DNA of 64,000 nucleotides, taken from NCBI GenBank assembly GCA_043228905.1, contig JBHGNT010000016.1, positions 6,262,001-6,326,000 on the forward strand, given 5' to 3'. The translations under genes were made by a program, and so were the position numbers. Numbering within the stretch: position 1 is the first letter of the stretch; every line of letters begins with the position of its first letter. Positions 1-11,666 of this stretch are shown here, piece after piece. Source of the stretch: Azolla caroliniana (Eukaryota > Plantae > Polypodiophyta). The notes below the pieces were generated by a model. It did not search any database and was not told the origin of the DNA. It was given only the letters and a program-made list of their open reading frames with translations.

Positions 1-644
1 CAAGCTATTGGGCACTAGAAGAATATAAGATATGGAGAATTCACATACGGAGGGCAGAACATGAACCAAGATCGAGGATAAGTCAAACTAAAAGCAAGAA
101 ACATGGAGAAAAGTAAAAGAAGAAAAAAGTGGGTCACCAAAACACAGTCTGAAACGAACGCTCATAACTCTTTCGTTTAAAACCCAAATATAATGTGCAA
201 ATATGGGTCGTGAAGTCAGCTATGTTTAGAACTTTAGATGTCTAAATTTGGAGCTTTGGTGAGAGAGATATAACGAAACGAAGGTCGTTGTGTCATAGCA
301 AAAAATAGGAGATGAAAAACTTCTAAAAGAAGTGTGAAAAAGAAAGCAAGGGGAATTTATCTAATAGAGGAGACCTTTATATAAAGCAAGAAGAGTAAGG
401 TTGTGTGGTTTTTTTGTTCTTAGTCTATTTCTTGCGGTGTTTTCTTTTCAATTCATGTAGTGTGGTTGAGTTGTTATCAATATATATTTGTAGATTTGGA
501 TTTATGTATCTTCTTTCTCTCTTCCTTCCATCATGATCATTCATTATCAATAGATCTTTGTAGTTTTGGATTTATATATCTTCTTTATCTCTTTTTTCTA
601 TCATCACTCTTTCAACTGACACAACCTCTTTCTTGCCCATATGT

Positions 645-825
645 TGTTAGTCCTATGACACATAGTTACTTGGTAGTTAAGTCTCCACCTCCTCTCCAAG
701 AGGTGGTTGTAGTAAGAGAACATAGAGAGAAGGCGACTACATAAGCTCCTTCTCCTCTTCTTTGTAATGTGATGTTGTTGGTTTACCTTGTTAATACAGT
801 TTTCTTGTTTTCTATATACTTCGTG

Positions 826-918
<93 letters not shown>

Positions 919-950
919 CCGCTGCACAAAATCACACTCGATTCTTTACA
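645..950 (+). repeat. 5'-truncated 5' LTR of Copia family A (copy A1), with (CT)n(CA)n microsatellite
   Basis: Matches the reverse complement of the LTRs at 14278-14921 and 18959-19472 from about 647 onward; ends TTACA directly before the PBS. Confidence 0.8.
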
Positions 951-961
951 TGGTATCAGAG
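951..961 (+). promoter_or_regulatory. Primer binding site, tRNA-iMet
   Basis: TGGTATCAGAG immediately after the LTR-terminal CA. Confidence 0.85.
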
Positions 962-1098
962 TGATTGTGACTTGATCCAGGCCCATCCATGTGTGTTTTC
1001 CTTACGCCGACATTCACAAAGAATCGGTTGATCATTGTAGCAGCAACCCTGCACAGTTCGTATCACAGAGAAGAAGAAGAAATCACAAGTCGACCGTC

Positions 1099-1613
1099 AT
1101 GAACACTCTTATGGGTAGCTCTCTCCCTAATGAAAAGCTGGATAAAAACAACTTCACATATTGGGAGTACAAGATGCACCAATACCTTGTTGATGAAGGC
1201 TATTGGAGTTATATCGAAGGAGCACAAGAAACGCAACCCAACCCAACACGTGTCAACTCCCTAGCATGGGAGCAAGCGCCAAGCTGTTTGTTGTAGTGCC
1301 TTGCATCATGCATTCATGATCACATGCTTGGCTACATTCGACAGGCCAAAATGTTGAAGGAGGCGTGGGGGAACCTCTAAAAGATATTCGCAGCCAACAC
1401 AACCACACGAAACATCAACTCCGTCAAGAATTGAACAATATCCAACAGAGGGATATGTCAATTGGTAGCTACACCTTGAAGATCAAGGAGTTGTGTGACT
1501 CCCTCGGGGCGATCAATGTCAACATTGACGCTGACGAAATGGTGAAAATATGCCTCAGAGGCCTAGCACCTCGGTTCAACGCAATAAGGTATTGTCCTCA
1601 CAAGGGAGAATCT
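1099..1613 (+). pseudogene. gag: Copia A1 gag N-terminal part, interrupted at 1614
   Basis: KLDKNNFTYWEYKMHQYL and LRQELNNIQQRDMSIGSYTLKIKELCDSL; homologous to 17998-18800 (-); stops and frameshifts. Confidence 0.85.
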
Positions 1614-1946
1614 TGTTGGGAACTGGCATCGTCAGTGCGGAAACATCAACGACACTTTGAGATGAAGATCGTCGAGTGCACAGATGGAGGCAAAATCAAA
1701 GAACGGAAAGTGAGCGAGAGTGAGAAACAAAGAGGCACACAATATGTGATTGTATTATTCAAGCTCAGAGTTACAAATGAATGGCGGCATTAACCAAGAT
1801 GAACAATCCCACAAACTAGGTTAGATAGCCTGTTATATACTAACTAGGCTAGGGCAACTGCCCTTTGACATATTTACATAATTGTTCTAAATCTAGTTTG
1901 TCCAAGGGACAATGTGAATATGGCCATTATATACACATATTCGACA
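1614..1946 (-). repeat. 3' LTR of a Copia-type element B inserted in A1 gag, PPT at 1947-1953
   Basis: TGTTGG...TCGACA termini; followed by CTCCCCC (PPT GGGGGAG on -); partial copies at 2161-2400 and 12503-12740. Confidence 0.7.
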
Positions 1947-2600
1947 CTCCCCCGTTGTCGTGAAGATTTCCGACGATAGTGAGAAAACCACGTTGTCATG
2001 GAAATCGGCGAGTACGTGTTAGATTTGAGCGGCACCACCAGGGTCTTGGACCGGGGAGGAGCACGTTTCCGGAAGGCCGAGTTCTTTGGAGCCTGTCGTG
2101 TTGTCGAGACGTTGGTTGGATCGGTTCTGAATGCGACCTAGGAACAACCGAACCGGATGGCAAATGAGAGAGAGTGAGAGACAAAGAGGCACACAATATG
2201 TGATTGTATTATTCAAGCTCAGAGTTACAAATGAATGGCAGCATTAACCAAGATGAACAATCCCACAAACTAGGTTAGAAAGCCTGTTATATACTAACTA
2301 GGCTAGGGCAACTGCCCTTTGACATATTTACATAATTGTTCTAAATCTAGTTTGTCCAAGGGACAATGTGAATATGGCCATTATATACGCATATTCGACA
2401 CTCCCCCGTTGTCGTGAAGATTTTCGACGATAGTGAGAAAACCACGTTGTCGCAGAAATCCACAGGCAGCACCACCAGGGTCTTGGACCGGGGAGGAGCA
2501 CGTTTCCGGAAGGCCGAGTTCTTCGAAGCCTGTCGTGTTGTCGAGATGTTGGTTGAATCGGTTCCAGATGCGACCTAGGAACAACCGAACCGGACGGCTC
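1706..2600. repeat. Tandem duplication, period about 454 bp, spanning the LTR-B / PPT / gypsy-LTR junction
   Basis: CATATTCGACACTCCCCCGTTGTCGTGAAGAT recurs at about 1936 and 2390; gypsy LTR starts at 1956 and 2410. Confidence 0.85.
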
Positions 2601-3880
2601 TGGACATGTTCCGGAAGAGGGTCACAATGCATAGAGGGAGAGCCAGGCAGAGCTCACATGTACGCGTACCCGTAGTCCCTTGGTAGTCATATGTACAAAA
2701 GGCCCAATAGATGTAAGTAGATACATTCACATGCATGACGATAAGTACGTGGACAATGGCCCGGTTCGACGCGCTCGACACACGCACCCACACACACACA
2801 CACACACACTTGGAAGAACAAACCCCTAAGACCCTGAACCAGACGCATGCACAAAGGACTCTCGGGATGGCGTCCCGAGACCCGACACTTAAACACACCT
2901 GACACACGCACCCGTAGAGAAGAACAGAAACACCGACGCATTTACACAGAAACACACACACGTTCTTATATATATTTGTACAAGGGACAGATAGAGACAG
3001 AGAGGGCGCCTACAACCCAGAACCAGTCAGGGAGCACATGGGGCTCGCCAGAGTGAGTGGAGTCTGCCGCCAAACCGCCAGTTGGGGAGCACTCGGGCTC
3101 GTCTACACGAGTGGGGATCTTGCACGGGAGAGAGAGAACTAAGGTCAGGAGCCTCTAAGCAGTTGAGCTCAACAAAACCAAAAACCCTAAAAGAGAAAGA
3201 GAAGAGAAGGAAAGAACTCCCGCAAAGGAACGAAAAATGACCTGAGTGAAAAACCTAGTAAACAAAACTAGGAACCCAAGAGAGGGAACCCATTTACAAG
3301 GGACCCTCCCTTCCTTTTATAGCACAAGGAGGGAGTGGCGTTACAATTTGGGATAAATATCCCCCATTTCGAGGGATACTCTGCCCAATTTCTCTACGCT
3401 ACACATGCAAGTTAGTGCACTTAAATGCACCAACTAAATATGTACAATCTTTACAAGAGGGAGTGCACATGGTGCACTCTGCCGATTTCTCTATCTCACC
3501 CGGTTTTCTCAATGCAGTCGGGAATCTTCACAACATCGTGGAACAGGCGAAGTCGGCGATGTGCAACATGTGCACATGTACATTACGAAATGTGTATAGG
3601 AATAAGAAGGGGAAAGGTGAAGGGTGCAAAGGGCGCCGATCGAGTTAGTGAAGAATAAATGTGATGTGTACATTCGCACACATGCACACGTATAGGGTAG
3701 TGGGGGAGTGTGGGAGTAAGGGGGGTTTAAATGTACTTCACCCATCAACACTCCGGAAATCAAGGAAAATATCTCCTTTCAAAAGGAGAAATATTTGATT
3801 GTGCTTTGTAATGTCCCTCCCTCCTTGAGCTATAAAAGGAGGGAGGGGTCTCTTGTAAAGGGTAGGACACAAGCCGGCCA
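2410..3880 (+). repeat. Partial LTR (U3 to TATA region) of the Trp-gypsy superfamily, interrupted by a solo LTR
   Basis: Starts TGTCGTGAAGA; CCTCCCTCCTTGAGCTATAAAAG at about 3816 is shared with the E1 LTRs; U5 end and PBS are missing. Confidence 0.65.
2448..3535 (-). mobile_element. Solo LTR of the Trp-gypsy superfamily
   Basis: TGTCGC...TCTTCACAACA termini; internal blocks homologous to E2 LTRs; flanks ACGT / TCGT (4-bp TSD, 1 mismatch). Confidence 0.7.
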
Positions 3881-4059
3881 GGTGAAGGCTGCAGATCGGG
3901 AAGCTAGCGATCGAGGTTGCGGAGAGAGACCGACAGGTTTCAGACAACGCTGCCCGAAACTCCGGACATTGGAGAATCAAGTGCAGGCGGCACTTGATCG
4001 ATCGAAGTCCAGATGCTTCTCATCAAACGTGCTTGGGGAGCGGTACCCCGAACGAGCGT

Positions 4060-6200
4060 CCGCAAATCATTACGGAATGGAAACACCACGTCTTATCCAG
4101 AGACTCAGGCAGCCGGCAACGAGCGTCGGCGTGAGACCTGGAGAGATGGGAGATGGAGGCGGGTACGCGAGAAGGAGAGCAACGACGAGTTCGGGAGAAG
4201 TACAAAGGATGAAGAGGAGAACGAAGACTAGTCCTACGGAGATCCTCACACCGACACGGCTGTCGCCCCGAGTGCCGGCATGAGTCCTATAGGCGAGATC
4301 GGTGGCGACAGGAGAACGGGACCCGACAATCCAAAGAATGACGAACGAGAACCGGGCGGAGTGGACTTCCGGATAACCATTCCGGGAGGGAGGAAGAGGA
4401 GGCCTTCGAAGAGGCCAGGAACACGGTACGTCAGTACCATGGGAGAGGGTGTGGAGCAAGCCACCCTCTCGGCTTGCAATAGAAGGAAGACCCATGATAA
4501 GGGTCAACGATACGACGAGCCCAAGGAGGATCCTTCACACTGGTTCTAGAGACTCCGGCGGTTGGCCCGAGTGCCGGTGTGAGGCCTAGAGTGATGATCG
4601 GTGGCGGCGAGGGGACGAAGGCAAAGAACTGCGGATGGGCAGTTTGCGAAGATCCTCACATCGATCCGGTTGTCGGCCTGAGTGCCGTCATGAGTCCTAT
4701 AGGAAAGGACGGTGGCGGCAGGTGAACGCGACTAGCCGAAGAGGCCGATGCGGAGGACGGAGGAGACAAGCGGCGGTGCCGCGACCTTACACACACCAGT
4801 CCTAGAGGCTCCCGCGGTTGGCCCGAGTGCCGGCGTGAGGCCTAGAGCGACGGGCGGTGGCGGCGGCAAGGCGGGCAAACCGAGGTCCCACAAAGATCCT
4901 CACACCGATCCGGCGGTCGGCCCGAGAGCCGGCGTGAGTCCTATAGGAAAGGACAGTGGCAACAGGTGAACGTTATCGGACGACAAGAAGCAACGAACGA
5001 CAAGGAGGTATGAGGCTAGCGAGGCGGCTACAGACCATCTCAGATCTTCCGACAAGGTCAGTGGGCATAAGGAAGTCCGGTCCTACGACAGTTCGGCCAA
5101 CATGGCAACATGAGACCGAGAGAGAAGGTTGGTGGCGGCGGGAAATGGGACCCGGCAACACGAAGGTGGGACACAGCTACGCGGAAGACACGAGGAGAGT
5201 TGCGAAGGACTCCGATAAAAGACACCCGAATTTCGGTAAGCAGAGAAATGGAGCCCGGTCCTATGGGACCCTCACACCGATCCGGAGACTTCGGCAGCCG
5301 GCTAACGGGAGTCAGCGTGAGACCTAGGGAGAAGGACGGTGGCGGCAGGGAACGGGACCCGGCGACACGAGATAGCAGATCAGGAGTCGGTAAGACGGGG
5401 GCGGACGGAGTGCGAAACCCTTACTGGCCGGTTACAGTTTCGGAAGGAGCCGGTAGGGGCAAACACGAGGAGGTGTGTCGGGCCGGAAAGGCACACTTGG
5501 GGAGGAACAAGAGTCTCGCAAGTGGCCATCGCAGGCCAGATCGAAGCGTGACTAGGGGACGGTGTTCGGCACGGGTGGTGCCGAACAAAGGAAGCGGAAG
5601 ACGGCACAACGGAGTTGCCGGGAACGAGGTGACGAGTGCATAGTGGACTGCATAGGGTCGGAGTCAGGGGATGACAAGGGAGTCCAGAGGAGGATCCTCC
5701 ACACTCGCTTTGTAGATCTCAGCAGCTCAGTCAGAGTAGCGAAGATTGACACGGCAAGCCGGGATGACAAGTTGGTGGGGCGAGGGGACGACGGCAAGCG
5801 GAAGACTCAGGACCTGTTGCAGCAGAGCAAAACGGGAAGGGTCAAGCGGGATACTACGGGGTGTTCCTCGGATACGGAGGACACTGGTATGCGGATGAGT
5901 GGAAATGCACGATCTGGTCGGGAAAGGGGCCGACAAAGCGTGCAATGAACCGGAGTGCGGCACAGGCAGTGCCAAACAACAAACGAGGGTATGCGACACA
6001 TGGAGGTGCCGGAGCAGGAAGGTGAGCGCGAAGATGGGTTGCGCGGTTCGGAGGTAGCGCGTAGAAGGCCAGAGAAGGATCCTCCACACCGTTCCGGAGA
6101 CCATGGCGGTTCGAGTCGACATGGCGACGTAAGACCATGGAGAAGGAAGGTGGCGGCAAGAGGACGAAGGCAACGCGAAACAACGCGGAACGACGACCAG
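4060..6200 (+). repeat. Array of about 8-10 degenerate 70-130 bp GC-rich units
   Basis: GATCCT(C)ACACCG...GTGAG(T/A/G)CCTA...GGTGGCGGC recurs at about 4240, 4529, 4651, 4785, 4895, 5267, 5692, 6077. Confidence 0.75.
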
Positions 6201-6440
6201 GACCACGCGAATGGTCGACGGAGGCCAGGCGGGCCACTACGGGCGTTCCTCAAGCGGAGGACATCAGGCATATGGCGGAGAGCGGGGCGTGCATACAGCC
6301 GAACAAGGGCTAGCAGAAGTACGCGTACTACGGAGATCGCGGCGAAAGACCCATCGACGGGTCGAATGAGCCTAAGGGGAGGTAAGCGCGAAGGAAGAAT
6401 CGAGGCCGACGATTCAAACCGGCAGCAAGCCAGGATGCGG

Positions 6441-7431
6441 TGTCGTGAAGATTTTCGGCAATAGTGTGAAAATCCCATAAAACGTACGAAATCGAGTATG
6501 AATCACGTAATACAATAATTGTGAAGATAACATTTTTAATATCTAAGTACAAAATGATGGAGGTTTCGAATGCACTTTATTACACGAGAAATGGACAACT
6601 AAATGTCAAGATATGAGGGTATAAAGTTTGTGAAAAGAAAAGAGAAAATTGTGAGATATCCCACATAGGCACGACAAATACGGCTCTCATCATATATAAG
6701 GTGGAGCAAAAGATATTATCTTTGTGTCTATGTGTGGAGCATAGAGAGTTCAAGGTAACTTGAACTAAGAGTGGAGGTGGCTAGCTACTCGTAAAGGGTT
6801 TTGGCCAACCAAAACCGAACCAGCGATGGAGCCGGTGATCCGACCGCAATCCTGCGAGGCACCGGTATCCGGCGTCGGCATCCGGCGACGGTATCCGGCG
6901 AACCGGCGTCCGACGACTAGATAAAATAAATATATAAATATATATACATATTTACATATACAAGGAGAGCAAGTATGGATTCGAACCTTGCACCTCCAAG
7001 TTAGGAGTCAATTGACTTACCATTAAGCCATGCTATTTAATTGAAATTATATTTCTATCATTGTACTTTTACATGTAAATTCTCATACATGAGAGCTAAA
7101 ATGAGTGACACGGTTAGCATGCACCACATGTAATACTTAAGCGCCAAATGGCAAACATGGAATTTATGCATGTCTTGTACCCTCACATGCATCATATGCA
7201 TGAGAGCATCTATAAAAGAGGGAAGGGGAAGGAGAAAAAACACGGTTTTTTTTATGAAAATTAAGAGGAAGAAATTCGTTATCAAATTGATTGTGTAATC
7301 TCAACTTCTCTCTTTCCCAATCTATCTTAAGTACTTTCTCGCCAAAGCTTGTATCGACTCTAAATCCTTATGGTCCAGAACCCCAGCGGTTCCGCCTCAC
7401 GATCCGCGCGTAGTGACGGATCTTCACGACA
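6441..7431 (+). mobile_element. Solo LTR (991 bp, AT-rich interior) of the Trp-gypsy superfamily, TSD GCGG
   Basis: TGTCGTGAAGAT...ATCTTCACGACA 12-bp inverted ends; GCGG on both sides; TATAAAAG at 7211; U5 motif CCCCAGCGGTTCCGCCTC. Confidence 0.85.
6965..7035 (-). other. tRNA-derived Pol III module (SINE-like head) inside the solo LTR
   Basis: On -: TGGCTTAATGG (A box) ... GGTTCGAATCC (B box) at tRNA spacing, then a TA-rich tail; no clean cloverleaf. Confidence 0.55.
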
Positions 7432-7527
7432 GCGGATTACGGAAGACCGGTTTCTCACCGGCCGAAATCTCTCACCCTTCACCGGATTTGGCACGTACCG
7501 GTGGATGTGCGGTTTGGTGGGGGCGGA

Positions 7528-8391
7528 TGTCGTGAAGAATTTCGGCTAGAGGCGGAAACCGGGAAATATTGGCTACATCGACGGGGTGCAGCATGTCCGA
7601 TCACCCTTGTACATTTAGTGTGAATAGTAGGAGTCAAGATTGGGACAGAGAATCCCATGTAAGTTGGGATTTATCCCACATTGTAGCGCATCTCCCTCCT
7701 TGTTCTATAAAAGGAAGGGAGCGCCTCTTGTGAAAGGGTTGCCCATTTTGAGTTGCAAGGGTATACCATTTTGTGCTTCGATTTCTAAGGTTAGTGACAT
7801 TCCTTTTTTTTCTCTGCTCCTCCTTCTCGAGAACTCAAGAGGCAGCTATGGCGAGAAAGCTATTAGGTTAACTCTTCTTCTTTTATGCGTAGCCGGTTCG
7901 CGGCCGGGGTGGTGTCTCTCCCTGTTGTAGGTTGCTTCTGCTCAGCCTCCTGTGCAAGACCCCACTCGGTGCGATGAGCCCGAGAGCTCCCCGACGGCGG
8001 CTTGGCGGCAGATTGCCGTTGCGACCTAGCCTACCTTAGTCCGAGTCAGAGTAGGAGTTGTAACTCACTCTTGTAATCATATATATATATATATATATAT
8101 ATATACAGGGTTGTGCATATTTGTATCTTTGTCGGTGTTGGGTGCTTTCCCTTCCCTGTGTTTCCTGTACATAAGAGGTGTGCGTTGTGTCGGTGTTGTG
8201 CGCGTGTTCTCTCCCCCTCTTCCTCTCTCGCGTTTGGTAGCCACCGGTACGCGTCCGGAATCGCTCCGGTTCGTGCCACCACCAGTGCAGTCAAGACCGG
8301 AGAGAAGTCGGCTTCCTACGCTCCGTCACTCCCTAGTCCAAGACCCCCGTGGTCCCGGCCCTTCTATACGCACGCGCGTAACTTCGCAACA
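7528..8391 (+). repeat. 3' LTR of E0
   Basis: TGTCGTGAAGAATTTCGG...CGCGCGTAACTTCGCAACA; 5' part similar to E2 LTR. Confidence 0.85.
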
Positions 8392-9757
8392 CCGCTTCGA
8401 ATCAGTACCGTCAGTTTCCTTGTCTTTTCGGATGTGCCGACAATTCTTTTGGAAGTGTCTTGGCTTGCCGCAATAGAAGCAAGTATGCCTCCCTCTTGAC
8501 TTTGACCGTATCCCCGACTTTTCCCGGTTCTAGGGACTACGGTTCCTTTGTCTTCCGCGTTCCGATTCGGTAAGGAGCGCTTTGGAGTCGGAGATCGTAT
8601 CCTTGTCTTTCCGACGCGCCTCCTCATCTAGCAAGCTCGACTTGACTCTAGCTAGGGACAACTGCTTCCCTTCCTGCCTGGTATTGCCCAAAGTGACAAC
8701 CAACATCTTCCAGCTATTTGGGAGGGAACCGAGCAGGAGTAGTGCTAGTACCTCATCGGCAAGAGGTACTTCCAGTGACGTGGCTTGGTTTATAAGCCCC
8801 TGGAAGGCATTCATGTGCTCCACCATGCTGGAGCCATCTTGGTACTGGAACCTCACTAGCTTCCAGAATACTGAAACCCGATTAACGGCCTTTTTGTTCT
8901 GGAACATAATGCTGATCTTCTCCTAGAGCTCATGAGCCTTACTCTCCTCATTAAAATTGTTGTACAGGCTCATGTCGATGAAACATCGGATGTATGATGT
9001 TGTCTTCATGTGCATTACCTCCCACACCGTGGCGTCGATCTTATCTGGTCTCTTGTCCCTGAACTGAACCGGTAACCAAAGATCTTTAACCACAAGCATG
9101 TCCCTCATCTTTGACTTCCACACTGATTAGTTGGAGCCGGTGTGCTTGAACATGCCTTGCAACAAATCTTCCATTTTCTGTGTCATTTCGCTCTGATACT
9201 AGATTGATGCGAAATATGTGGAATATTACTCGGCCACAACCGAATCTCAGATCGTGTCGTTTCGAATCGAACACCGAGAATGGGAATGGAGGTGAATACA
9301 CGTACACACAGACAATATGAGAGAGGGTACACAATATGTTTATGTGGAAAACCCTAAATGGGAAAAACCACAGGAGTCCACAAACTCCAATTATCACTAT
9401 GTCGAGAGGAATACAACAAGTGAACACAGAGGCAACAACCTCTTGCTCATAATATTTGCCTAGCGGCGGTTACAACAGAGACTCGCTCTGTATCTCTCTC
9501 TCCCTCTCTCTTCCACTCTGTACAATAGTTACACTCAATAACTCTATACAACAAATAATGACAACACACCATATATCAAGAGTTTGCCCTAGGTTATATT
9601 TATACTAATATGACTTTCGGACTATTTACAAATATAGCCCCAATGGGCTCTCTGGAACATATTTACATATATGACTCGTCAACCGGTGAGGGGGTTCTCA
9701 CCGGGTCTTCCGTCGTCGGGTACTCATCTCCCATCCGGAGGGACCGAAATCCTAACA
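8392..9757 (-). mobile_element. gag: Copia family C (Tnt1/Tto1-like) 5' fragment: LTR 9205-9757, degenerate Met PBS, gag
   Basis: WKSKMRDMLVVKDLW and LALLLLGSLPNSW; zinc knuckle remnant; homologous to 60700-62163. Confidence 0.85.
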
Positions 9758-9894
9758 CCATCAACACTTGGCACGCCCTACAGCCTACCCTCCCTTGAGC
9801 AGAAGTCTCTCTCTCCCTCTCTGTTCCTCTATCCTCTATGTGTCTCTAGGTTTACATCTTTATGTTGTGTGTGTTTGTGCCACTCTCTTGCTTG

Positions 9895-10430
9895 TATGCA
9901 AGAGGAGGAAGAAGCAGATTCAGAAACTGATAAACTGCAAGGAACTAACAATCAAAAACCTTCTAAATCACTCCATCAAGAGATCCATGGCAGAGTTTGA
10001 AGCAAATGGCAACACTAGCCATAGCTAACCTATCCTAGAATAGTGTATAGTGATGAAGTCACTTATATATCCGGTTTAGTGCCAAGATCTGCAAATGATC
10101 CAAGTTTAGAGAAAAGAGGAATGCATGTCACGAGCATAAAGTTGCATATGATCGATGTATCGACAAAGTGCTTATGCTCCATTAATGGTCTCCTTTGATT
10201 CTCATGAAGTGTTTGTGGTGGAACAAAATAGTGCGATCAAGTATTTAACCATTGTAGCAGAGTATATAGGTGATGTAGATTATATTATAAGCAAACGAAA
10301 CAGAAACGATGGAGTTAGCATTATTATGGGTTTACTCCTTACAAATTATCTAGATAAGGAGCGGGTCATATGTCCTAATAAAAGAGGCCACATTGCTCGA
10401 TTTGTATCAAGTATCATTAACCATCCACGA
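9895..10430 (+). pseudogene. ATXR5/6: Decayed fragment of ATXR5/ATXR6-type H3K27 monomethyltransferase (pre-SET region and N-half of SET)
   Basis: Across frames: TPSRDPWQSLKQMATLA, YSDEVTYISGLVPRSANDPSLEKRGMHV, MYRQSAYAPLMVSFDSHE, IVAEYIGDVDY, VICPNKRGHIARFVSSIINH; collinear with ATXR5/6 motifs as recalled (AEYTGDVDY, LVICPDKRGNIARFINGINNH). Confidence 0.85.
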
Positions 10431-11222
10431 TAGGAGCCAAACGGACAGAGAGCCGGCCGAGAGTGCAGAACAACATGCAAACGTCTGACGCAGAAGCAAA
10501 GAAGAAATCAGAAGACAAGAAAGAAGAAGAGGAGGAGAAGAAGAAACGACGACGACGTCAACATGCATCAACAGAAAGAGGAAACACAGAGATGCGATGC
10601 ACGCAGAGATACCGCCAAAACAATGGAAGAAGGAGAAGTATAAGGAGAAAGGAGAAGGAAATGACAGACAAAGTTGAGAAGGAAGAAAGAAGAAAACAAA
10701 GCAGCGTTTCTGTGACAACAGAGATGGAAGAGATAGAGAAGGAGAAGAGAGAGAGAAGAGGCAAAAGAAGAAACAGAACCTAAGAAGGGCATCATCAAGA
10801 ATTCCAGAAGTTCGAGGGCATGGTGGAAATTTTCACAAAACTAGAGGGCAGTCGAAGAAATTTTTAAAACGTAAGGCTAGCTATTAAAATTTCAAAAAAG
10901 GGGTACGACATAGACTTTCAGAAACTCAATGGCACAAAAAACTCCTCACCACTCAACTAATGAAGAAATATATATATATGTATACACATACACCCACAAT
11001 CATTTTGAAACCCAAAAGACTTTACAACAGTGTACGAGCCGATTGGTGTGTGATCCAATCGTGCAATATGCTACCTGAACGAGAAGGTTCGTGTCAAGCT
11101 AGCTCTGATCGAAGTTATCGATCGTAGAGCAGTGTTCCGGTCGAGGGATTTCCAATCGTCCAGAGAAGACCGATGGAGTTTCCGGTCAACGAGCTTTTGG
11201 CATGGGCTTGTGGGTTCGATAT

Positions 11223-11650
11223 TGTCGCGGATTCGTGAGTACGTGTGGAAAAGGGACGGGACCACAGGGGTCTCGGACGAGGAAGAGATGGATGTCGGGA
11301 GACTAACTCTCTTCGGTCCCAGCTGCACCAGTTGTGGCGCAAACCGGAGCGATTCCGGACACATACCGGAGGCTACAAAACACGAAAGAGAGAGAGAGAG
11401 AGCATGTGCGCAACACCGACTCAACACACGCCTCTTATGTACAGGAAACAAAAAGAAAGAAATGCACCCGACACCAACAAAGACACAGATATGAACAACC
11501 TTTTATATGTGTATTTACAAGACAACATGATACATCTTCGGCTCCGAGCCAAACCTAGGTAGATCAGGTTACGGTAGTTGTCTGTTGCCAAGCCGCCGGT
11601 CAGGGAGCTCTTGGGCTCGTCTTGCACAGGAGACAGAGCATAAACAAAAC
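11223..11650 (-). repeat. Truncated Trp-gypsy LTR (U5/R part)
   Basis: Reverse complement aligns with 7930-8391; terminal TGTCGCGG at 11223. Confidence 0.7.
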
Positions 11651-11666
11651 CACTTGTACAAGTAGG

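Larger units (their letters stand above)
3881..8391 (+). mobile_element. E0: 5'-deleted non-autonomous Trp-gypsy element (E2-related): repeat-rich internal region, PPT and 3' LTR
   Basis: 4200-6440 and 7436-7527 are collinear with the reverse complement of E2 39034-40200; PPT GGTGGGGGCGGA before the LTR at 7528. Confidence 0.8.

Noticed and set aside
4240-4970. Hammerhead ribozymes (retrozyme) suggested by TGAGTCCTATAGG hairpins and 4-bp TSDs
   Set aside because: No CTGANGA...GAAA catalytic core is correctly placed in the units
4060-6200. CRISPR-like repeat-spacer array
   Set aside because: Units are long, degenerate and irregularly spaced, there are no cas genes, and the context is a eukaryotic retroelement
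6965-7035. Functional tRNA genes here or at 19050-19240
   Set aside because: A and B boxes are present but the stems do not form a canonical cloverleaf
2406-8395. CCGT / CCGC flanks as the TSD of one element spanning 2410-8391
   Set aside because: The two LTRs are different types and the flanks belong to different Copia families; the similarity is explained by the shared NCGN preference
10463-10783. Charged 106-aa ORF after the ATXR fragment
   Set aside because: Low-complexity GAA-rich DNA with no domain
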